A stretch of 64,000 bases of DNA from Alphaproteobacteria bacterium. GTDB taxonomy: Bacteria; Pseudomonadota; Alphaproteobacteria; MPNO01; UBA830. Shown here piece after piece: positions 57,960-64,000 of the stretch. The position numbers and the translations under genes are program-made. The DNA is taken from positions 25,464 through 89,463 of the forward strand of contig JAJEBT010000066.1 in the NCBI GenBank assembly GCA_022822405.1, in the 5' to 3' direction. The notes under the pieces were generated by a model that was not told the DNA's origin, did no database searches, and worked only from the letters and a program-made list of their open reading frames with translations. Within the stretch, counting starts at the first letter, position 1, and every line of letters begins with the position of its first letter.

Positions 57960-59114
57960 CTAGCGCCGCGCCTGTTCGGCCGCTGCGGCGAGGGTGCGCG
58001 ACAGTACGCGAATCTCGCTGCGGAGATCCTCGACGACCTGGGTCCGTCCCTTGACCGATTCGTCAAGCATCCGGGCGAAATGGTTGTCGATGCTCCGCAG
58101 ATGGCCCCGAATGTCGTCACCGGCGTCTCCAAGGCCCGGACGTGAGAGAAGCGCCGCCATCTGGTCCAGGACCACCTTGATCTCAAGTTGGGCTTCGGTG
58201 AGCCGCGACAACAGAGGCTGTTGCTGCTTCATCTGTTCGCTGATCACGCCGATATGCTCGGCGAGTTCGGTGATGCTGGTGTTGGCGCTGATGCGGGCTT
58301 CCTCGCCGCGCTGCAGCGTGCGCTCGAGATTTTCCAGATTGTCCGATGTCTGCTCGAGGAGAGCCTCGATATACGCCGGAACGGAAGCTTCTCCGGCCGG
58401 CCTCGCTTCGCCCGTGCCGAGGCGGACCTGCCCCGAGAGCCAGTCCTCGAGTTCGTTGGAGAAACGATTCTGGGCCTGCCCGGCCTGAAGTTCGAGAAAA
58501 CCCAGCACAAGCGAACCGGCGAGTCCGAACAGCGAAGACGAGAATGCGGTGGCCATTCCCGCCATGGGAGACTGCAGCCCGGCCTTGAGGTCGGTGAAGA
58601 CAGTTTCCATGTTGCTGCCTTCCACGGTCAGGCCGCCGATCACGTCGCCGACCGCCCCGATGGTCTTCAGCAGCCCCCAGAAGGTTCCCAGCAGGCCGAG
58701 GAATATGAGGAGGCCGATAAGGTAGCGCGATATCTCGCGCGACTCGGCGAGCCGAGAGAAGATGCCGTCGAGCAGCGAGCGCATGGCCGTAGAGGACATC
58801 CTGAACGGCTCGGCGCCGTTCCCCAGCATTGCCGCCATCGGGGCCAGCATCCTCGGATTCCGCTCGCGACCATCTGCAAGCACGCCGGCCTGTTCCGCAC
58901 GGAAATTTTCCAGCCAGCCGACATCGCTGATGAGCACGGTCACCGTGTGGTAGATGTAGACTATGCCGAGGAAAAGCACCCCGAGGATGAGCCCGTTGAG
59001 TCCGGGGTTGGCCATGAAGCTGTCGCGGACGCCCCCGTACAGCAGGGCGACGCCGATCGCGACGGCGGCAAGGAACCCGGTCATGCGGAACAGGTAGCGT
59101 TGCGGATGGGTCAT
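57960..59114 (-). CDS. MotA/TolQ/ExbB proton-channel family protein with a roughly 180-aa C-terminal coiled-coil tail
   Basis: There are three to four TM segments. The channel signature is LIFLGLLGTFWGLLKTI ... MATAFSSSLFGLAGSLVLGFL. The stop lies 21 nt (57937-57959) upstream of the motB-like start. Confidence 0.8.
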   Translation of the reverse strand: MTHPQRYLFRMTGFLAAVAIGVALLYGGVRDSFMANPGLNGLILGVLFLGIVYIYHTVTVLISDVGWLENFRAEQAGVLADGRERNPRMLAPMAAMLGNGAEPFRMSSTAMRSLLDGIFSRLAESREISRYLIGLLIFLGLLGTFWGLLKTIGAVGDVIGGLTVEGSNMETVFTDLKAGLQSPMAGMATAFSSSLFGLAGSLVLGFLELQAGQAQNRFSNELEDWLSGQVRLGTGEARPAGEASVPAYIEALLEQTSDNLENLERTLQRGEEARISANTSITELAEHIGVISEQMKQQQPLLSRLTEAQLEIKVVLDQMAALLSRPGLGDAGDDIRGHLRSIDNHFARMLDESVKGRTQVVEDLRSEIRVLSRTLAAAAEQARR

Positions 59115-59325
59115 CGGTCGCTTCCGTCCTCTGGTTTTGCCAACGGTGGCCTCCAGCGCTCTGACAACGATATTCCCGAATTCGAGCCGGATTCGACTCC
59201 CGGTCGGTTCGTGCCCGCGCCCGGCAAGAGCCCTGGACGACTGGGTGGCCGGCCCCCTTCTGGTTTCCGACGGGTCCGGCGCCGGTCAGGTTGCCCGGAC
59301 AGCACCTGGTCCCCGGTATGGTCGA

Positions 59326-60147
59326 TCAATCTGTGAACTCGAGGCCGCGGTTCCGGACAGCCTCAGTCAAAAGTCTGCGAATGTCGTTGTACAAGCGCGG
59401 GTTGGTAGCAAGAATCGTGTTGCCGTGCAACATGTTGGAACCGCCGCCGATCTCGCTGACCATCCCGCCGGCTTCGCGAACGATGATGATGCCGGCGGCG
59501 ACATCCCATGGCGACAGGCCGACTTCCCAGAAGCCGTCAAAACGGCCAGCCGCGACATATGCGAGGTCGAGGGAGGCCGCGCCGAAGCGCCTGACGCCCG
59601 CGGTGCGGTCCATGGCGGCCCCGAGCATGGTTGTGAAAGCCCTCTTGCCCGCACGGGCTCCGAAAGGGATGCCGGTCGCGAGCAGGGCATCCGCCAGCCG
59701 TCCCCGTTCAGATGCGCGCAGTCGGTAGCGGTTCATGTAGGCGCCCTGGCCGCGCTCCGCCCAGAACATCTCGTTGCGCAGCGGCTCGAAGATGAGCCCG
59801 GCCACCAGTTCTCCCTCGCTCTCTGCGGCAATGGAGATGGCGAAATGGGGGATGCCGTGCAGGAAGTTGGTCGTGCCGTCGATGGGGTCGATGATCCAGC
59901 GGCGGTCTTCCCCGGACCCTGCGACGGCGCCTGCCTCCTCCATGAGAAAACCGAACTCGGGGCGGGCCTTGTGGAGCTCTTCGCGGAGAATGCTCTCGGT
60001 GCGCCGGTCGGCCTCGGTGACGAAGTCGCCGGGGCCCTTGACGGACACCTGGAGCTGCTCGACCTCCCCGAAATCGCGCATGAGAGGCCGCGCGGCCTTG
60101 CGCGCCGCACGCTCCATGAGGTTGATCAGGGGACCCGGCCGTGCCAT
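59326..60147 (-). CDS. suhB: inositol monophosphatase family protein
   Basis: The IMPase motifs are present: ...FLMEE... WIIDPIDGTTNFLHGIPHFAISIA ... WDVAAGIIIVREAGG. Confidence 0.85.
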   Translation of the reverse strand: MARPGPLINLMERAARKAARPLMRDFGEVEQLQVSVKGPGDFVTEADRRTESILREELHKARPEFGFLMEEAGAVAGSGEDRRWIIDPIDGTTNFLHGIPHFAISIAAESEGELVAGLIFEPLRNEMFWAERGQGAYMNRYRLRASERGRLADALLATGIPFGARAGKRAFTTMLGAAMDRTAGVRRFGAASLDLAYVAAGRFDGFWEVGLSPWDVAAGIIIVREAGGMVSEIGGGSNMLHGNTILATNPRLYNDIRRLLTEAVRNRGLEFTD

Positions 60148-60205
60148 CGCATCCTTGCCTCGTCAGTGATGCGGCCCGCTGCGGGATCCGGCATCGGCCA
60201 CGCGG

Positions 60206-60772
60206 TCAGTCCTTGGCGCGCTCGACGTAGGAGGCGTCCTCGGTGTTGACGACGATGCGCGTGCCCGCCTCGATGTGCGGCGGCACCATGACGCGCACCC
60301 CGTTTTCGATGATGGCCGGCTTGTACGAGGACGAGGCAGTCTGGCCCTTGACCACGGGATCAGCCTCGACGACCTCCATCGCGACGTGCTGGGGCGGGCG
60401 AATGCCGGCGAGCGCGCCCTCGATGGTGTCCGCGGTGACCGCCATCCCTTCCTGCAGGAACGAGGCGGCATCGCCGATGGTGTCGCGCGAGAGCTCGAAC
60501 TGGTCGTAGGTCTCGCTGTCCATGAAGGTCAGCTTGTCGCCTTCGGCATAGAGAAAGGTGCACTGCCTCTCCTCGACCATGAGCTTCTCGACGGTCTCCG
60601 AGGTGCGGAACCGTTCGTTCGTCTTGTTCCCGGTCCGCACGTCGCGCATCTCGACCTGGATGAAGGCGTTGCCCTTGCCGGGCAGCAGCAGCTCGGTCTT
60701 CATCACGTTCCACTGCTTGCCGTCATGCTCGATGACGTTTCCCGCACGAATGGTGTTGGCCTGGATCTTCAT
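60206..60772 (-). CDS. efp: elongation factor P
   Basis: The ATG at 60772 gives MKIQANTIRAGNVIEHDGKQWNVMKTELLLPGKGNAFIQVEMRDVRTG... with the modifiable Lys in the PGKGNAF loop. 188 aa. Confidence 0.9.
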   Translation of the reverse strand: MKIQANTIRAGNVIEHDGKQWNVMKTELLLPGKGNAFIQVEMRDVRTGNKTNERFRTSETVEKLMVEERQCTFLYAEGDKLTFMDSETYDQFELSRDTIGDAASFLQEGMAVTADTIEGALAGIRPPQHVAMEVVEADPVVKGQTASSSYKPAIIENGVRVMVPPHIEAGTRIVVNTEDASYVERAKD

Positions 60773-61116
60773 GCTGTCTTCCGTGGTCGGCTGCCGGAGG
60801 GTTGGCCAAACTATCAGCCCGCGCCGGGCCAGGCAATTCGGACGGGCAGCGCGGTTCGTCCCCTGCCGCTCCGTGCGGCACAGTCGGGACGGGCGCGTTT
60901 TCCCGGGTTGCGCCGGCGTTGAAAGGGCCGGATCGGACAATCGGCCGCCGTTCTCCCACGGGAGCGGCAGACCGGCCACCGTGTCGCAGCCCGCGGCGAA
61001 AGCGTCAAGGCCGATTGGCGCGGTTCAAGAGTGCCGATCAGGATTTTCGCTGCCCTGGCGCACCCCGCGAGCTCCGCGGAATACCCTCCTGCGGTCGGAC
61101 CGGGCGCGCCGATCGG

Positions 61117-62241
61117 TCACGGGGTTGCGTGGCCCGTACGCTCCGGTCCATCTGTCCGGGTCAGCAGCCCTTCCGGCACCATCACGCTTCCGCGCATGAT
61201 CATGCGGGCGGTGCGAACCGTCCCGGCAGCCTCGATTCCGGGTTCGGGCGCATCCTCGCCGAGGGTCAGCACCAGGTTGAGGCGGCCCGCGGGATGTTCG
61301 ATCGAGAACACCGGCCGCCCGGCCGCCGGCAGGCGCTCGGCCAGCGGCTGGACCACGGTGCCGTCCGACAGCGCCGCGAAGGCCAGCGCAATCCCGCCGG
61401 TGATGGCATGGGTTTCGTGGGGCCGGTCGGGCACGAAATAGCGCGACGCGATCGTTCCGCCGTCCGCCGCCGCCGCGGCGATGATGATCTTGGGCACGAC
61501 CTTGCCGCGAACGTCTCCGAGTCCCATGCGCCGCCCGGCCTCCTGGCGCATGGGCTCGACCCGGTCGAAGAAGGCGCGGTCCGAGCCGAGCTCGGCTGCG
61601 GTCTCGCGTCCGGTCTTGCCGACATCGGCGGCGCGCAGGATCATGACCGGCATGGCCGCATCCACGAGCGTGACGGCGATGCCGTCGATCTCCTCCTGGC
61701 GCCGGCCACTCGGAAAGAGCGCTCCGGTATGGGAGCCGATCGCTTGCATGAAGTTCAGAAGGACGGGCGCTCCGGTCCCCGGCACGCCGTCTATCGCCTC
61801 GTCGCCCTCGTACTCGACCCGTCCGCCGGGGGTGCGGACCACCGCCTCGACCAGACCTCCGGTGTTGACCTGGTGAATGCGCACGCTGGTCTCCCCGTCG
61901 GCGCCCGGCACCATGCCGGTCTCGACCGCGTATGGGCCGACGCCGGCGAGCATGTTGCCGCAGGTGGGGCCGTAATCCACGTCCGTCCGGTCGACGGCAA
62001 CCTGGGCGAAGAAGTAGTCCACGTCGCAGTCGTCGCGGGCAGAGGGCGAGATCACGGCGACCTTGCTGGTCACCGACGTGGTGCCGCCGACGCCATCGAT
62101 CTGGCGCGGGTCGGGGGACCCGAATGCCGCCAGAAGGATGCCGTCCCAGAGGCTGCGGTCTTCGGGCAGGTCGGCACGGTCGAAATACAGTCCGCGCGAC
62201 GTGCCGCCGCGCATGAATATGGCAGGTATTGATGACAGCAT
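61117..62241 (-). CDS. PrpF/4-oxalomesaconate tautomerase family isomerase
   Basis: The ATG at 62241 gives MLSSIPAIFMRGGTSRGLYF...GPTCGNMLAGVGPYAVE...ETHAITGGIALA, the PrpF-family pattern. Confidence 0.7.
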   Translation of the reverse strand: MLSSIPAIFMRGGTSRGLYFDRADLPEDRSLWDGILLAAFGSPDPRQIDGVGGTTSVTSKVAVISPSARDDCDVDYFFAQVAVDRTDVDYGPTCGNMLAGVGPYAVETGMVPGADGETSVRIHQVNTGGLVEAVVRTPGGRVEYEGDEAIDGVPGTGAPVLLNFMQAIGSHTGALFPSGRRQEEIDGIAVTLVDAAMPVMILRAADVGKTGRETAAELGSDRAFFDRVEPMRQEAGRRMGLGDVRGKVVPKIIIAAAAADGGTIASRYFVPDRPHETHAITGGIALAFAALSDGTVVQPLAERLPAAGRPVFSIEHPAGRLNLVLTLGEDAPEPGIEAAGTVRTARMIMRGSVMVPEGLLTRTDGPERTGHATP

Positions 62242-62354
62242 GTCCCTCCCCCGATCACTGCCGGCGCCCGGCGGCGCCGATCCTATAGCCGAAGCCGGCG
62301 CACCGCCACCGCCGGGACCCTGTGCTTCCCCGCCCGTTCCGGGATCGCTGCCGG

Positions 62355-63395
62355 TCAGTCCCTGTAGGCATGTTCCCGGCCCGTGAAGTCCTTGAGCGTC
62401 CATTCGCCGTCACGGTCTCCGGGAACGGCGTCGAGGACCGGAATCTTGCCGTAGCCGCCCGGGATGTCGACGACATATGTGGGCTGGCACAGGCCCGAGA
62501 TGCGGCCCCTGAGCGCGCGCACGAGGTCCAGGCCTTCGGCCAGAGTCAGTCGGAAGCGCGCGGTGCCTGCGGCCCGGTCGGGATGGTGGAGGTAATACGG
62601 CTTGATCCCCGCCGCCACGAGGCGTCGCATCAGCTCGGCGAGCGTGTCCGCGTCGTCATTGACGCCGCGAAGGAGCACCGACTGCGAGAGCAGCGGGACG
62701 CCGGCTCCGGCAAGCCGGGCGAAGGCGGCCTCGACCTCTGGCGACAGTTCGCGGGGATGGTTGCAGTGCAGCACCATCCACGGCCGCCTCCGGAGCGTCA
62801 GGGCGCCGACGAGGCCTGGGGTCACGCGCGACGGCACCGCGACCGGCGTCCTTGTGTGGATGCGGATGACCGAGACGTGGTCGACGGCCTCGATCCTTCG
62901 CAGGATGCGGGCGAGCCGCGCATCCGAAAGCGCGAGCGGATCTCCTCCCGACAGGATGACCTCCCTGATCTCCTCGCGATCTTCGATATAGGCGAAGGCC
63001 GCGTCGAGTTCGTCGGCGTCGGGCGCGCCCGCCGCCCGCCCGACGCGATTGCGGCGGAAGCAGTATCGGCAATAGACCGGACAGGCGAGTGTCGGCATCA
63101 GCAGGACCCGGTCCGGATAGCGGTGGACGAGCCCCTTGACCGGAGACCGGGCGCCGTCGCCGATCGGGTCCGCGAATTCGTCGCTGCCGGAGGCCATCTC
63201 CTCGGTTGACGGCACGAACTGGCGTGCGATGGGGTCGCCGGAATCGGTGCGGTCGATCAGTTCCGCGAGATGCCGGGAGAGCGCGACGCTGTAGCGCGCG
63301 CCGACGGCGTCGATGGCCGCTTCCCGGCCCGGTTCGATCAGGCCTGCCGCCGCGAACTGGGCGCCGGTTCGCAATGTGGACGGGATGGGATTCAT
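62355..63395 (-). CDS. epmB: EF-P beta-lysylation protein EpmB (lysine 2,3-aminomutase-like radical SAM)
   Basis: The radical-SAM cluster is CPVYCRYCFRR. GGDPL and the KamA-family tail are present. The gene is divergent from an epmA-like gene and lies near efp. Confidence 0.8.
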   Translation of the reverse strand: MNPIPSTLRTGAQFAAAGLIEPGREAAIDAVGARYSVALSRHLAELIDRTDSGDPIARQFVPSTEEMASGSDEFADPIGDGARSPVKGLVHRYPDRVLLMPTLACPVYCRYCFRRNRVGRAAGAPDADELDAAFAYIEDREEIREVILSGGDPLALSDARLARILRRIEAVDHVSVIRIHTRTPVAVPSRVTPGLVGALTLRRRPWMVLHCNHPRELSPEVEAAFARLAGAGVPLLSQSVLLRGVNDDADTLAELMRRLVAAGIKPYYLHHPDRAAGTARFRLTLAEGLDLVRALRGRISGLCQPTYVVDIPGGYGKIPVLDAVPGDRDGEWTLKDFTGREHAYRD

Positions 63396-63450
63396 GTGGG
63401 ACTTCCGCGAGGGGATGACGGTCGCTGCCGGGATCGTGCATTATCCCGAC

Positions 63451-64000
63451 ATGAATAGCACCCGACAGCCTGCAGGCAAGGCATGGTGGCAGCCGCCGCT
63501 GTTCGAGAGACGGCGGCGGATCCTCGAACGGCGCCAGGAGATGATCCGCCGGCTCCGCCTGTTTTTCTCGGCGCGCGGCTACGCCGAGGTCGAGACCCCG
63601 ATACTTCAGGTCTCGCCGGGCCTCGAGCGGTACCTGGCCGCGTTCGAGACGGCGCTGGCGTCGCCTGCCGGCGACGTTCGGCGAATGTATCTTCATACCT
63701 CGCCCGAATTCGCGATGAAGAAACTGATGGTCGCCGGCATGGACCGGATCTGGCAACTGGCGAGAGTGTTTCGCGACGGCGAGCGGTCCTGGAAGCATCA
63801 TCCGGAATTCTCCATGCTCGAATGGTACCGGGCCGGAGCCGGATGGCAGGACATTGCCGCCGAGGCGGCGGAGCTGGTGCGCGCGCTCGCCGGCCCCGCG
63901 TTGTCGCGCGACGGGGTGGAATGCGACCTGTCCGGGCCATGGAGATTCGTGACCGTCGCGGAGGCCTTTCGCGAATATGCGGGCATCGAGCTTGCGGCGA
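63451..64000 (+). CDS. epmA: EF-P lysine aminoacylase EpmA (GenX/PoxA), 5' partial at window end
   Basis: This ORF is not in the supplied track because it runs off the window. My translation from the ATG at 63451 is MNSTRQPAGKAWWQPPLFERRRRILERRQEMIRRLRLFFSARGYAEVETPILQVSPG...YLHTSPEFAMKKLMVAGMDRIWQLARVFRDGERSWKHHPEFSMLEWY. These are class II LysRS-like motifs 1 and 2. Confidence 0.8.
   Translation, partial: MNSTRQPAGKAWWQPPLFERRRRILERRQEMIRRLRLFFSARGYAEVETPILQVSPGLERYLAAFETALASPAGDVRRMYLHTSPEFAMKKLMVAGMDRIWQLARVFRDGERSWKHHPEFSMLEWYRAGAGWQDIAAEAAELVRALAGPALSRDGVECDLSGPWRFVTVAEAFREYAGIELAA

Noticed and set aside
56059-59114. Calling the MotA/MotB-like pair a Zorya defence system
   Set aside because: No ZorC/ZorD (helicase/nuclease), ZorE or ZorF/G-like genes are adjacent. 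The G+C matches the core genome. The long coil is mainly on the MotB-like rather than the MotA-like subunit. It is kept as an open question, not as a Zorya call.

Overview
High-GC (roughly 65-80% in coding lines) chromosomal segment that looks alphaproteobacterial. Supporting signs are a circularly permuted two-piece tmRNA, an SspB-alpha adaptor, the pdxJ-acpS-lepB-rnc-era-recO string and the rsh-rpoZ-folK-NYN neighbourhood. Most of the window is housekeeping (parC, recO, era, rnc, lepB, acpS, pdxJ, spoT/rsh, rpoZ, folK, smpB, dapA, thyA, folA, efp, epmA/epmB, suhB, fumarase, panE, HU, asmA). There are also three catabolic gene blocks: CMD/FAD-monooxygenase/LLM at 0.3-4 kb; a Rieske dioxygenase cluster with two tandem alpha subunits at 6.5-13.5 kb; and a five-gene HCHL-like/hydrolase/LLM/amidohydrolase/SDR operon at 36.5-41.4 kb. 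The clearest accessory region is an AT-rich island at about 13.9-18.3 kb, sitting between an orphan RHH antitoxin and a decayed hyuAB operon. It carries a DUF262/DUF1524 (GmrSD/BrxU-type) nuclease and a 517-aa stand-alone reverse transcriptase with an Abi/UG defence-RT architecture. An 818-bp spacer between them holds two convergent small ORFs and a hairpin. This is my best candidate for an uncharacterised defence system. Other items worth a second look: a roughly 2-kb insertion bounded by 72-nt direct repeats of the 3' end of a motB/ompA-like gene, carrying toxin-antitoxin debris; a MotA/MotB-like pair with very long coiled coils; an M23 peptidase with near-identical 180-bp in-frame tandem repeats overlapping a bactofilin gene; and an unlisted ssrA gene (tag ANDNELALAA) directly upstream of sspB. 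All functional calls come from reading motifs in the supplied translations. No database search was possible.
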